64,000 nucleotides of DNA, from contig CAVPPB010000001.1 in the NCBI GenBank assembly GCA_963707215.1, positions 96,001-160,000 of the forward strand, given 5' to 3'. Source of the stretch: an uncultured Chloroflexia bacterium. Lineage in GTDB: Bacteria; Chloroflexota; Limnocylindria; Limnocylindrales; CSP1-4. This document shows positions 28,588-39,092 of the stretch, one piece after another; within the stretch, counting starts at the first letter, position 1, and each line of letters opens with the position of its first letter. The position numbers were made by a program, and so were the translations under genes. Below the pieces are notes generated by a model that was given only the letters and a program-made list of their open reading frames with translations, was not told the origin of the DNA and did not search any database.

Positions 28588-29246
28588 GCGCCCTGGCGAC
28601 CGACACCGCGCCCCGGGGCGCTGGACCTGTCCCGAAGGAGGCGGTCGGCGACGGGCAGGATCCGCTCGTCGACCCAGCGGGCATACTGCCGACCGCTGGG
28701 GTGCAGACCGTCCGCGGCGACCGACAGCGGGTCGCGTCCGGCCTCCAGCGAGAGGTCGTGGATATCGGCGAGGGCGATCCCCCACTCGGCCGCGAGACGC
28801 GCCAGCGCGGCGTTGACGGCCCGGATGCCTGCCGATCGCTCGATCGGGTCGCCATAGTCGGAGCCGGCCGGGGTCACCGTGTAGTCGGGGGTCGTGACGA
28901 GCAGCACTCCGGCCCTCCCGACGAGCCCGGCGAGCGCCTCGAGGATCGCGCTCACGGTGGCCCGGTAGGTCGCCGGCGGCACGCCCTGGACCACGTCGTT
29001 GACCCCGACGAGCAGCGACACCAGATCCGGCTCGAGCGACGCCAGCTTGGGCACCTGGCCGTCGAGGACGTCGCGCGAGGTCGAGCCGTCGACGGCAAGG
29101 TTGGCCACGAGCTCCAGACGGCCGGGCGCCTGGCCCAGCGCGACGACGAGGCGGTCCGGCCAGCGCTCGGATGGTGCGACGGCCGTCCCGATGGTGTAAG
29201 AGTCGCCGAGCGCGACGTAGCGGACCGCGCCGAGCGGGTCCGCCAT
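28584..29246 (-). CDS. SGNH/GDSL hydrolase
   Basis: ALGDSYT, GVND, DGLHP. Confidence 0.9.
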   Translation of the reverse strand: MADPLGAVRYVALGDSYTIGTAVAPSERWPDRLVVALGQAPGRLELVANLAVDGSTSRDVLDGQVPKLASLEPDLVSLLVGVNDVVQGVPPATYRATVSAILEALAGLVGRAGVLLVTTPDYTVTPAGSDYGDPIERSAGIRAVNAALARLAAEWGIALADIHDLSLEAGRDPLSVAADGLHPSGRQYARWVDERILPVADRLLRDRSSAPGRGVGRQGA

Positions 29247-30214
29247 CAGCCTGCCCGGTCGCGGGATGGGACCGGCTCGCCGCCGACGGTCGCGACCCCC
29301 TCGATGAGCAAGTCGACGAAGCGCTGGCGGTCGATGGCAACGGCGACGTCGGCATTCGGGGGCGGGCCGGGCACGCCCCGGTCGTCGACCACGGTGCGAC
29401 CCCGGGTGAGCTCGCCGGCCGTCTCCACGTCGACCCGGTACGGGATCGTCTCGACGAGAGCCGGCACGGCCAGGTGGGCGACGGCGACGGCATCGTGGAT
29501 CGGCGAGCCGTCCCAGCCGTACCGGTCGGCGTGGAAGCGGGCGAAGAACCGCAGCAGGTCGGCGAATACGGCGCTCACTGGCGTCCCGAGGGCCTCGAGG
29601 CGAGCGACGTCGGCTTCACCGAAGACCGCCCGGTGGGTCACGTCGAGCCCGATCATCGTGATCGGCGATCCGCTGCGGAAGACGATCCGGGCGGCCTCCG
29701 GGTCGACCCAGATGTTGAACTCGGCGGCCGGCGTCCAGTTCCCCTCGTGGATCGCCCCACCCATCAGGCAGATCCGGTCGATCCGATCGGCGAGCTCCGG
29801 GTGGGCGAGGAGGAGTGTGGCGATGTTCGTCAGCGGGCCGGTCGGCACGAGCGTCACCGGCTCTTCCGTGGCCGCGAGGGTCGCCGCCATGAAGGCGAGG
29901 GCACCCTCGGGTCGTGGGTCCGCGAGCGGGTCGGGCAGCTCGGCGCCCTCGAGCCCGCTCACCCCATGGACGTTGTCGGCGACCTCGAGCGGCCGGACCA
30001 GCGGACGGTCGGCGCCGGCCGCGACCGGGATGTCCGTGCGCCCGAGGAGGGCCAGGACCCGCAGTGCATTGCGGGTCGTCGCCTCGAGCGGCGCGTTGCC
30101 GGCGACGGTGGTGATCCCCAGCAGGTCGATCTCGGGTCTGGCCATCGCCAGCACGATGGCGAGGGCGTCGTCGTGGCCCGGGTCACAGTCGAGGATGATG
30201 GGGCGGGTCGGCAC
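29246..30214 (-). CDS. Nucleoside hydrolase (IUNH family)
   Basis: DCDPGHDD, TGPLTN, AEFNIWVDPEAA, IHDA. Confidence 0.93.
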   Translation of the reverse strand: MPTRPIILDCDPGHDDALAIVLAMARPEIDLLGITTVAGNAPLEATTRNALRVLALLGRTDIPVAAGADRPLVRPLEVADNVHGVSGLEGAELPDPLADPRPEGALAFMAATLAATEEPVTLVPTGPLTNIATLLLAHPELADRIDRICLMGGAIHEGNWTPAAEFNIWVDPEAARIVFRSGSPITMIGLDVTHRAVFGEADVARLEALGTPVSAVFADLLRFFARFHADRYGWDGSPIHDAVAVAHLAVPALVETIPYRVDVETAGELTRGRTVVDDRGVPGPPPNADVAVAIDRQRFVDLLIEGVATVGGEPVPSRDRAG

Positions 30215-30367
30215 GGTCGGAGGATGCCACATGGTGACGGGACGGGGCCCATCCCGGTGCGGTAGGATGCGCCCCGAACCAGCCGTTCCGGAAGAGGGAC
30301 GGTGGAGGTGCCGTGTCGACCGGTCGAGCCAAGCGCCGACGTCGACCACGCTCCTGGAGGAGGAAGC

Positions 30368-31499
30368 ATGCACAAGCGCTCCCTGATGCTCAGCCTGTTC
30401 GCGGGCGCGGCGATCGTCGTCGCGGCCTGCTCGGGCGGAGCCACCCCGAGCCCGGAGCCGACGGAGGCGCCGTCGGAGGCGCCGTCGGAGGCGCCGTCGG
30501 CCGGCGCCGTCGCCGTCGCCCGAGGGCCTGACCTGCGAGGTCGCGCTCAAGGTCGGCCTGGTGACCGACGTCGGCCGGGTCAACGACAAGGGCTTCAACC
30601 AGGCGGCCTTCGAGGGCATGGGCCAGGCGGAAGAAGAGGCCCCGACCTGCTTCGAGACCGACTACATCGAGACGACCAACCAGGCTGACTACGCCAAGAA
30701 CATCGGCGAGTTCGCCGACAACGGGTACGACGTCATCATCGGCGTCGGCTTCCTCATGGGCGACGCCATGGGCGATGCCTCGAAGGAGTACCCGGACGCC
30801 AAGTTCATCAGCGTCGACGGCGCCCCGAACCCGGGCCACGACGAGAACTGGATGGTCAACGGCGAGAGCCTCTTCTACGCCGAGGACCAGGCCGGCTACC
30901 TGGCCGGCGTCCTGGCGGCTTCGGTGACCGAGTCGAGCACCATCGGCGTGGTCGGTGGTCTGCTCGTCGTCCCGCCGGTCGAGCGGTTCGTCGAGGGCTA
31001 CATCAACGGCGCCCAGGCGACCAACCCCGACATCAACGTGCTGTTCACCTACACCAGCTCGTTCGTGGAGCCGGAGCAGGGCAAGGCAGCCGCCCAGCAG
31101 ATGATCGATCAGGATGCCGACGTGATCTTCGCGGCCGGCGGCCTGACCGGCAACGGCGCCCTCCTGGCGGCCTGTGACGCAGGCATCCTCGCCATCGGCG
31201 TCGACGTCGACCAGTACGAGACCCTCCCCGAGGCCCAGGCGTGCCTCGTCTCGAGTGCGACCAAGGGCCTGCGCGAGTCCGTCAAGCTCTCGCTCGAGCG
31301 GATCGCCAAGGGCGAGTTCACGCCCGGCTTCACGACCAACGACGCGGCGTCGAACGGCGTCGGACTGGCCCCGTTCCACGACAACGCCGACAAGGTCTCG
31401 GCCGAGACCGTCAAGCTCCTCGCGGAAACGTTCGCGGGCCTGGCCGACGGCTCGATCGACCCCGGCGTGGTCGTCGACGGACAGACGACCGTCGAGTGA
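30368..31499 (+). CDS. BMP-family ABC substrate-binding lipoprotein (frameshift near 30520)
   Basis: Lipobox VAAC, EAPS tandem linker, DVGRVNDKGFNQ, AIGVDVDQ. Confidence 0.88.
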
Positions 31500-31524
31500 C
31501 CTCGTATCGCTGACCCAGCGCTGA

Positions 31525-31557
31525 ATGACGGCGAGGCTCACCGAGCCTCGCCGTCAT
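31525..31557 (+). terminator. Intercistronic perfect 15-bp hairpin
   Basis: ATGACGGCGAGGCTC-acc-GAGCCTCGCCGTCAT after substrate-binding gene. Confidence 0.6.
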
Positions 31558-31590
31558 CGTTCATCCGGAGTGACCGAGGGAGGATCGCCG

Positions 31591-33222
31591 GTGACCGAGG
31601 GACCGACCCCGACGCCCGCCCAGGGGCCGCCGCCGACCGCGGTGCCGGCCCGGGCGCCGAGCCCACCCCAAGGGGAGAACGTCGCGCCGAGCCTGACGAT
31701 GCGCGGCATCACCAAGCAGTTCCCCGGCGTCCTCGCCAACGACCACATCGATCTCGACGTCAAGCCCGGCGAGATCCACGCTCTTCTCGGAGAGAACGGC
31801 GCCGGCAAGAGCACGCTGATGAACATCCTCTACGGGCTCATCCAGCCCGACTCTGGGGAGGTCCTCATCAACGGCCAGGCGGTCCGGATCAGCGGGCCAT
31901 CCGACGCCATCGCCCGGGGTATCGGGATGGTCCACCAGCACTTCATGCTGGTCCCGGTCTTCAACGTGACCGAGAACATCATCCTGGGCGACGAGACGAT
32001 GGCCAACCCGGTCGTCCTCGACGAGCGTGCGGCCGAGGGTCGGATCAAGGACCTGGCCGCCCAGTTCGGCTTCGAGATCGACCCGCGGGCGATCGTCGGC
32101 GAGCTGTCGGTCGGGATGCAGCAGCGGGTCGAGATCCTCAAGGCCCTCTACCGCGACGCCAGGATCCTCATCCTCGACGAGCCGACGGCGGTCCTGACGC
32201 CCCAGGAGACCGTCGAGATCTTCGCGGTCCTGCGACGGCTGGCGGCCGAGGGCACCAGCATCATCTTCATCAGCCACAAGCTCTACGAGGTCCTCGAGAT
32301 CGCCGACCGGATCACCGTCATCCGGCGCGGCAAGGTCGTCGGCCAGGCCGACCCGAAGACGGCGACCGAGGAGCAGCTCGCCGAGATGATGGTCGGCCGG
32401 GAGGTCTCGCTGACCGTCACCAAGGGACCCGCGAAGGTCGGCGAGACCGTCCTCGCGGTGGACGACCTCCACGCGGCCGACGACCGCGGCAGCGAGGTGG
32501 TCCGGGGCTGCTCGTTCGAGGTCCGGTCAGGCGAGATCCTCGGCATCGCCGGGGTCGCCGGTAACGGCCAGGCCGAGCTCGTCGAGGCGCTCGTCGGGCT
32601 CCGCAAGACGCGGTCGGGATCGATCACCCTGGGCGGTGACGTCGTTACCCAGGCCTCCGTCCGTGACCTGACCGCGCGGGGGGTGGCCTACATCCCGGCC
32701 GACCGCCAGCGGTTCGGGCTCGTCCTCTCGTATCCGGTCGACGACAACCTCGTCCTGACCGACTACCACCGGGCACCGTACTCGAGGTTCGGCGTCCTCA
32801 ACCAACGTGCCATCAGCGAACGGGCGAGCGAGCTCATCCCGGCCTTCGACATCCGTACCCCGTCGGCCGTGGTGCCGGCGGCGACCCTGTCCGGCGGGAA
32901 CCAGCAGAAGGTCATCGTGGCCCGCGAGTTCAGCCGGGAGATCAGCCTCCTCGTGGCCGACCAGCCGACCCGGGGGCTCGACGTCGGCTCGATCGAGTTC
33001 ATCCACAAGCAGATCATCGCCAAGCGCGATGCCGGCGTCGCTGTGCTCCTCGTCTCGGCTGAGCTCGACGAGATCCTCGAGCTCAGCGATCGCATCGCGG
33101 TCATGTACCGGGGTCAGCTCGTGGCCACGGTCGACGCCGCCGGCGCGGAGAAGGAGCGGATCGGGCTGATGATGGCCACCGGCCAGGCCGGTGGGTCCGA
33201 CGGCGCGGAGGTCCAGCCATGA
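31591..33222 (+). CDS. Sugar/nucleoside ABC transporter ATP-binding protein (CUT2)
   Basis: GENGAGKST, LDEPT, LSGGNQQK. Confidence 0.93.
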   Translation: MTEGPTPTPAQGPPPTAVPARAPSPPQGENVAPSLTMRGITKQFPGVLANDHIDLDVKPGEIHALLGENGAGKSTLMNILYGLIQPDSGEVLINGQAVRISGPSDAIARGIGMVHQHFMLVPVFNVTENIILGDETMANPVVLDERAAEGRIKDLAAQFGFEIDPRAIVGELSVGMQQRVEILKALYRDARILILDEPTAVLTPQETVEIFAVLRRLAAEGTSIIFISHKLYEVLEIADRITVIRRGKVVGQADPKTATEEQLAEMMVGREVSLTVTKGPAKVGETVLAVDDLHAADDRGSEVVRGCSFEVRSGEILGIAGVAGNGQAELVEALVGLRKTRSGSITLGGDVVTQASVRDLTARGVAYIPADRQRFGLVLSYPVDDNLVLTDYHRAPYSRFGVLNQRAISERASELIPAFDIRTPSAVVPAATLSGGNQQKVIVAREFSREISLLVADQPTRGLDVGSIEFIHKQIIAKRDAGVAVLLVSAELDEILELSDRIAVMYRGQLVATVDAAGAEKERIGLMMATGQAGGSDGAEVQP

Positions 33223-34379
33223 CCGAGCAGAGCGGTGGGGGCGGCACCGGCGGGATGAGCCTGAACCCGACCGCCCTCCTCGGGGCGGGCGCTGGGCTCC
33301 GTCAGCAGCTCATCGGCACGACGATCGCGGTCCTCCTGGGACTGCTCGTCGGGGCGGCCCTGATCCTCCTCTCGAGCGCCCTGTCCGACGAGGGTTTCGA
33401 CCCGTTCCTGCCGATCACGGCCTATTGGGCGCTGCTGGAAGGATCGCTCGGGAGTCTTCGAGGCATCGGGAACGTGGCCAACGTCATGACGCCGCTCATC
33501 CTGGTCGGCCTGTCGGTGGCGTTCGCGTTCCGGGCTGGTCTCTTCAACATCGGCGCCCAGGGTCAGTTCTTCGTCGGCGCCTTCGTGGCATCCCTCGCCG
33601 GCGCGTCGATCGGCCTCCCCTTCCCCCTGGCGGTCCTCGCCGCCCTGTTCATCGGGTTCCTGGGCGGCGCGTTCTGGGGCTTCATCCCGGGCTTCCTCAA
33701 GGCCTGGCGCGGCGCCCACGAGGTCGTCGTCACGATCATGCTGAACTCGATCGCCGCGCTCGGCCTGAACCTGCTGGCCAGCACGCTGTTCAAGGACCCG
33801 GTCGCGACCTTCCCGCGGACCCCGGATATCCGGCCGGAGGCGGTCCTGCCCATCCTCCTCGACGACACCAGGATGCACGCCGGGATCATCGTCGCCCTGG
33901 TCACCGCGGTCGTCGTCTGGTTCCTGCTCTTCAAGTCGACCCTGGGGATGGATATCCGGACGACCGGCTCCAACCCCAACGCCGCCCGCTACGCGGGTAT
34001 CCGGCCGGCCGCGATCATCGTCCTGACGATGAGCATCGCAGGCGGCCTCGCCGGGCTGGGCGGGGCCGTGGAGACGCTCGGCATCACCAAGAACTACCCG
34101 GCCGAGTACAACACCACCTACGGCTTCGACGGCATCGCCGTCGCCCTGCTGGGCCGGGCCCACCCGTTCGGCGTCGTCGGGGCGGCGCTGTTGTTCGGGA
34201 TCCTCCGGGCGGGAGCCGGGTCGATGCAGCGGGCCACCGACATCCCGGTCGACATCATCGTCATCGTGCAGGGCGCGATCATCCTGTTCGTGGCCGCGGA
34301 ACCGTTCCTGAGGCGGGTCTGGACCAGGCGCCGCAAGGCCGCCCCCGTCGGGGCGGCCCCGGCCGGGAGCCCGGCATGA
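33219..34379 (+). CDS. ABC transporter permease
   Basis: GLFNIGAQGQ, HEVVVTIMLN. Confidence 0.92.
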   Translation: MTEQSGGGGTGGMSLNPTALLGAGAGLRQQLIGTTIAVLLGLLVGAALILLSSALSDEGFDPFLPITAYWALLEGSLGSLRGIGNVANVMTPLILVGLSVAFAFRAGLFNIGAQGQFFVGAFVASLAGASIGLPFPLAVLAALFIGFLGGAFWGFIPGFLKAWRGAHEVVVTIMLNSIAALGLNLLASTLFKDPVATFPRTPDIRPEAVLPILLDDTRMHAGIIVALVTAVVVWFLLFKSTLGMDIRTTGSNPNAARYAGIRPAAIIVLTMSIAGGLAGLGGAVETLGITKNYPAEYNTTYGFDGIAVALLGRAHPFGVVGAALLFGILRAGAGSMQRATDIPVDIIVIVQGAIILFVAAEPFLRRVWTRRRKAAPVGAAPAGSPA

Positions 34380-35506
34380 GCGCCGCGACCGCCGCCATCG
34401 GCCGGGCCCGCCCGGCGGTCGGCCGGGGCTGGCTCATCACGATCGGCGTCACCGTCGGGTTCCTCGTCCTGCTGATCGCCCTGGGTTACGGCCCGGCGCT
34501 CTGGGACCTCCTCATCTGGTTCATCGACTTCCTGCTGACCCGCCCGTACATCATCCTGGGCTTCGCCGTGCCGATCGGCTACGGCGCCCTCTGCGGCGTC
34601 ATGAACGAGCGCTCGGCCGTCGTCAACATCGGCATCGAGGGGATGATCCTCTCGTCGGCCTTCACCGGCTTCCTCACCGGCGCCTACCTTCACCCGGTGA
34701 TCGGCGACGTCCCGGCGGCGCTGCTGGGAATCGTCGTGGCGATCATCACCTCGATGCTCCTGTCGGCGCTCCACGCCTGGCTCTCGGTCACGGTCATGGC
34801 CGACCAGATCATCAGCGGCACCGTGATCAACATCCTGGCCCTCGGCGGGACGGCCTACTTCAACCAGCTGCTCATCTCGACCGCCGGTGTCTCGGGCGCC
34901 TCGACCCTGAAGGGCCTGACCCTCCCTTCGGAGATCCTCGCGATCCCGATCCTGGGACCGCTGGTCAACGCCGTCTTCGGCCAGGGGCCGATCCAGGCAA
35001 GCCTGATCTTCGCGGTGATCTTCCTGCAGTTCATGCTCTTCCGGTCCCGATGGGGCCTTCGCACGCGGGCGGTCGGCGAGCATCCTCAGGCAGCCGACAC
35101 GGTCGGCATCAACGTGTTCTTCACCCGCTACCGGAACGTCATCCTGGGCGGGGTCTTCGCCGGCCTCGCCGGGGCCTACCTGACGCTGGAGTCGGTCGGC
35201 TCGTTCCAGGACGGGATGACGGCCGGGGTCGGGTTCATCGCCCTGGCGGCGATGATCTTCGGCCGCTGGACACCGATCGGGGCCTTCGTGGCGGCGCTCA
35301 TCTTCGGCGGGGCGCGCACGCTGGGCCAGGCGGTCCAGATCTCGGCACCGCCGGGTGAGATCGGGGCCTGGATCGCGACCTGGCCGGCCCAGATCTTCGG
35401 GATGTTCCCCTACATCCTGACGATCATCATCCTGGCCGGCGTCGTCGGTCGGGCGATCCCGCCCGCCGCCGACGGGATCCCGTACGACAAGGAGTCGCGC
35501 GGCTGA
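34376..35506 (+). CDS. ABC transporter permease
   Basis: ERSAVVNIGIEG, AVGEHPQAADTVG, GFIALAAMIFGRW. Confidence 0.92.
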   Translation: MSAATAAIGRARPAVGRGWLITIGVTVGFLVLLIALGYGPALWDLLIWFIDFLLTRPYIILGFAVPIGYGALCGVMNERSAVVNIGIEGMILSSAFTGFLTGAYLHPVIGDVPAALLGIVVAIITSMLLSALHAWLSVTVMADQIISGTVINILALGGTAYFNQLLISTAGVSGASTLKGLTLPSEILAIPILGPLVNAVFGQGPIQASLIFAVIFLQFMLFRSRWGLRTRAVGEHPQAADTVGINVFFTRYRNVILGGVFAGLAGAYLTLESVGSFQDGMTAGVGFIALAAMIFGRWTPIGAFVAALIFGGARTLGQAVQISAPPGEIGAWIATWPAQIFGMFPYILTIIILAGVVGRAIPPAADGIPYDKESRG

Positions 35507-35574
35507 CCGACGAGCGGCGCGCCGAGCTGGAGCGGGCCCGAGCCTTCCTGGACCTCCAGGAGGGACGCGGGCCC

Positions 35575-35994
35575 GTGCCGCTCCTCGACGATGACGGCAT
35601 CGTGGCCCTGCTCGGGGCTGCCCGCCGGATCGCCATCGTGGGCGCCTCGGCCGACCCGAGTCGCCCGTCGCACGGCGTCATGGCGACCCTGCTCCGGGCC
35701 GGCTACGAGTGCGTACCGGTCAACCCGCGGGAGCGGGAGATCCTGGGCGCGGCCGCCTACCCCACCCTGGCCGACGCGGTCGAGGCCGGCGGACCGTTCG
35801 ACATCGTCGACGTCTTCCGGCGGGCCGAGCTCTGCCCGCCCCACGCCGAGGAAGCCGTTGCGGTCGGTGCCGGCTGCCTGTGGCTCCAGCTGGGCATCGT
35901 CAGCTGGGAGGCAGCCCGGATCGCCTATGACGGCGGCCTGGCCGTCGTCATGGACCGCTGCACCGCGATCGAGATCCGTCGGATCGGCCGCTGA
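35575..35994 (+). CDS. CoA-binding protein (YccU-like)
   Basis: IAIVGAS, PVNP, DIVDVFR, LWLQLG, VMDRC. Confidence 0.9.
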   Translation: MPLLDDDGIVALLGAARRIAIVGASADPSRPSHGVMATLLRAGYECVPVNPREREILGAAAYPTLADAVEAGGPFDIVDVFRRAELCPPHAEEAVAVGAGCLWLQLGIVSWEAARIAYDGGLAVVMDRCTAIEIRRIGR

Positions 35995-36072
35995 AGGCCC
36001 CTGGACCCGGTCCGCAGGATCGCGCGGCGGGCCCAGGCCGCCGAGGCCGACGACGACCGCCGGCCGCCCCGG

Positions 36073-36345
36073 TCAGCGGACCAGGAAGCCGACGAACACC
36101 AGGACGAAGCCGACGACGGCGATGGCCGCACCGGTCCGGGCCTGGCGCCGAAGCAGCTCCATGGCCACCGAAGCCCCGGTCTTCTCGTCGCTGCGGGGCC
36201 CACCCCGCCAGGCCTCGTAGCGGGCGACGTTCTCGTCCTGGGCCTTGAGCGCCTGATAGCGGCGCCAGGGCTCGCGGGCCCGCAGATAGCCGACCACGAT
36301 GAGGACGATCCCGACCCCCCACAGGACGAGGTTCAGCGGCCCCAT
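36073..36345 (-). CDS. Small 2-TM membrane protein
   Basis: Two hydrophobic helices; directly follows gatB. Confidence 0.7.
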   Translation of the reverse strand: MGPLNLVLWGVGIVLIVVGYLRAREPWRRYQALKAQDENVARYEAWRGGPRSDEKTGASVAMELLRRQARTGAAIAVVGFVLVFVGFLVR

Positions 36346-36346
36346 G

Positions 36347-37855
36347 TCAGCCCTCCTCTCCGGTCCCGAGGCGGTCGCGAAGCGTCGCCTGGACGAGCGC
36401 GGCGTTGGCCTGGCCCCGGGTCGCCTTCATGACCTGGCCCACGAGGAACCCGACGGCCTGGGCCTTGCCCGCCCGGTAGTCGGCGATCGCCGCCGGGTTC
36501 GCGGCCAGGACCTGATCGACGACGGCACCCAGGGCATCGACGTCGGAGATCTGGCGCAGCCCTCGCGCATCGATGATGGCCCCGACGGGAGACCCGTCGG
36601 CGACATGCTCGTCGAAGACCTCGCGGGCGTTGGGCCGCGAGAGCTCCCCGGCGACGACGCGCCGGAGCAGATCGGCCAGCTCGCCGGCCCTGGCCCGGCC
36701 CACCAGGCCATCGGGCCCGCGCGCTGCGCTCGCCTTGGTCACCCGCCCGTAGTCGCCCGTCACCAGGTTCGCGACCTCCTTGGCCGGCAGCGCTCCATCG
36801 GCCGCCAGGATCGCGTCGAAGGCGAGCGAGTAGGTCGGATCGGCGACGAGGACCGCGGCGTCGTACGCCGACAGACCGAGCTCATCGCGGTAGCGGGCCC
36901 GGCGGGCACTCGGCAGCTCGGGCAACCGCCCCAGGATCGTCGAAAGCCAGGCCGCATCCACCACCAGGGGTGGCAGGTCAGGCTCGGGGAAGTAGCGGTA
37001 GTCGTCCGAGGTCTCCTTCACCCGCATCCGGTAGGTCGCCTGGCGGCCGTCATCCCAGCCCCGGGTCTCCTGGACGAGCAACTCTCCGGCGTCGAGGGCG
37101 GCCGCCTGGCGCTCGATCTCGAAGCCGATCGCCCGCTCGACGGCCCGGAAGGAGTTCATGTTCTTGACCTCGACCCGGGTCCCGAACGCCTCCGTGCCGC
37201 GGGATCGGATCGAGATGTTCGCCTCGACCCGCATCTGGCCGCGCTCCATGTCGGCGTCCGATGCCCCGATGGCCCGGAGCAGCAGCTGGAGCTCCTCGGC
37301 GTAGCGGCGGGCCTGCTCGGCGGTCCGCAGGTCCGGCTCGGTGACGATCTCCATGAGCGGGGCGCCCGACCGGTTGAAGTCGACGAGCGAGACTCGTCGC
37401 CCGCCAGCCTCGGCATGGATGAGCTTGGCCGTGTCCTCCTCGAGATGGGCTCGCCGGATCCGGATCTCGCAGGGTCCGTCGGAAGTGTCGACGACGAGCC
37501 GACCATCGGCCGCAAGAGGGATCTCGTACTGGCTGATCTGGTAGCCCTTGGGGAGATCCGGGTAGAAGTAGTTCTTGCGCTCCCAGCGGGTGGTGCCCGG
37601 GATCGTGGCCTCGATCGCCTCGCCGGTCGCGATGACGTGCTCGACGGCGCGGCGGTTGATCGTCGGCAGGGCCCCCGGGAGACCCAGGCAGACCGGGCAG
37701 ACGCGGGTGTTCGGCGGGGCGCCGTCATAGTCGGTCGCGCAGCCGCAGAACATCTTGCTGACGGTCCGCAGCTGGCAGTGGACCTCGATGCCGATGACCG
37801 CCTCGTAGCGATCGAGGACGCTCGGGGCAGGAGTCGTGGTGGTCGGGCCGGTCAT
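36347..37855 (-). CDS. gatB: Asp/Glu-tRNA amidotransferase subunit B
   Basis: IGIEVHCQL, RKNYFYPDLPKGYQISQ, YRYFPEPDL. Confidence 0.96.
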   Translation of the reverse strand: MTGPTTTTPAPSVLDRYEAVIGIEVHCQLRTVSKMFCGCATDYDGAPPNTRVCPVCLGLPGALPTINRRAVEHVIATGEAIEATIPGTTRWERKNYFYPDLPKGYQISQYEIPLAADGRLVVDTSDGPCEIRIRRAHLEEDTAKLIHAEAGGRRVSLVDFNRSGAPLMEIVTEPDLRTAEQARRYAEELQLLLRAIGASDADMERGQMRVEANISIRSRGTEAFGTRVEVKNMNSFRAVERAIGFEIERQAAALDAGELLVQETRGWDDGRQATYRMRVKETSDDYRYFPEPDLPPLVVDAAWLSTILGRLPELPSARRARYRDELGLSAYDAAVLVADPTYSLAFDAILAADGALPAKEVANLVTGDYGRVTKASAARGPDGLVGRARAGELADLLRRVVAGELSRPNAREVFDEHVADGSPVGAIIDARGLRQISDVDALGAVVDQVLAANPAAIADYRAGKAQAVGFLVGQVMKATRGQANAALVQATLRDRLGTGEEG

Positions 37856-39081
37856 ACCGTGCTGCTCGCCTCGATCGCCGCTGCCTCCTCGCGAGCTCGT
37901 TCGACGAAGCGGCCGATCCGCCGCAGCGCCTCCTCGAGCTGTTCGTACGACGTGGCGTAGCACATCCGGACGTGCCCCTCGCCCGACGGCCCGAAGGCGC
38001 TGCCGGGCACGACGGCGACCCGCTCCTCCGTGAGCAGCCGCTCCGTGAACGTCTCGCTGTCGAGACCGGTCTCGGCGATCCGCGGGAAGGCATAGAACGC
38101 CCCCCTCGGCTCGAACGTCTCAAGGCCCACCGAGTTGAGCCCGTCGACGAGGAGCCGTCGCCTCGTGTCGTACTCGGCCACCATCGCCTCGACCGCCGGC
38201 TCGCCGTCGCGGAGGGCGATCAGGGCTGCGTCCTGGGCGGTCGTCGGGGCGGACATGATCCCGTACTGGTGGACCTTCACGATGCCCTCGAGGATGGGGG
38301 CCGGGGCACAGAGCCAGCCGACCCGCCAGCCGGTCATCGCGTAGGCCTTGCTGAAGCCGCCCATGAGGATCGTCCGCTCCCGCATCCCCGGCAGCGAGCT
38401 GAAGGCGCGGTGGGTGTACGTCCCGTAGGCCAGGCGATCGTAGATCTCATCGCTGTAGACGAGGAGGTCGTGGCGCTCGGCGATGGCGGCCAGCTCGTCC
38501 TGGACGTCCGGCGGCAGAACGGCCCCGGTCGGATTGCAGGGATAGCCCAGGAAGAGGGCCTTGGTCCGCGGCGTGACAGCCGCCTCGACGGCCGCCGGGT
38601 CGAGGGCGAAGTCGTCCTCGAAACGGGTCGGCACGGCCCTGACGACCCCGCCGGCGAAGACGACGGCCGGCACGTAGGCCACGTACGAGGGCTCGTGGAG
38701 GATGACCTCGTCCCCCGGGTCACAGGTCGCCCGGAGGGCCAGGTCAACGGCCTCGGATGCGCCGACGGTGACCAGGATCTCGGTCGCCGGGTCGTAGCGG
38801 ACACCGTAGCGACGCTCCAGGTGCCCGGCCAGGGCGCGGCGGAGCTCGAGGGTCCCGTAGTTGCTGGTGTAGTGGGTCCGACCCTCGCGGAGGCTCTCGA
38901 CGCCGGCCTCGACGATCTCCCGGGGCGTGTCGAAGTCAGGCTCCCCCACCCCCAGGCTGATGACGTCGTCCATCGTCGCCAGGATGTCGAAGAAGCGGCG
39001 GATACCGGACGGGGGCACGGCCCGGACGCGCTCGGCAAGCGCTCGCTCGGCGAGCGGCGGACGAGGCTCGTGGGTCGACAT
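37852..39081 (-). CDS. PLP-dependent aminotransferase class I/II
   Basis: LGVGEPDF, NPTG, SDEIY, FSKAYAMTGWRVG. Confidence 0.93.
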   Translation of the reverse strand: MSTHEPRPPLAERALAERVRAVPPSGIRRFFDILATMDDVISLGVGEPDFDTPREIVEAGVESLREGRTHYTSNYGTLELRRALAGHLERRYGVRYDPATEILVTVGASEAVDLALRATCDPGDEVILHEPSYVAYVPAVVFAGGVVRAVPTRFEDDFALDPAAVEAAVTPRTKALFLGYPCNPTGAVLPPDVQDELAAIAERHDLLVYSDEIYDRLAYGTYTHRAFSSLPGMRERTILMGGFSKAYAMTGWRVGWLCAPAPILEGIVKVHQYGIMSAPTTAQDAALIALRDGEPAVEAMVAEYDTRRRLLVDGLNSVGLETFEPRGAFYAFPRIAETGLDSETFTERLLTEERVAVVPGSAFGPSGEGHVRMCYATSYEQLEEALRRIGRFVERAREEAAAIEASSTV

Positions 39082-39092
39082 CGACGGCTCCT

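Noticed and set aside
30463-30499. 12-bp tandem repeat GGAGGCGCCGTC x3
   Set aside because: Encodes an ordinary EAPS linker after the lipobox.
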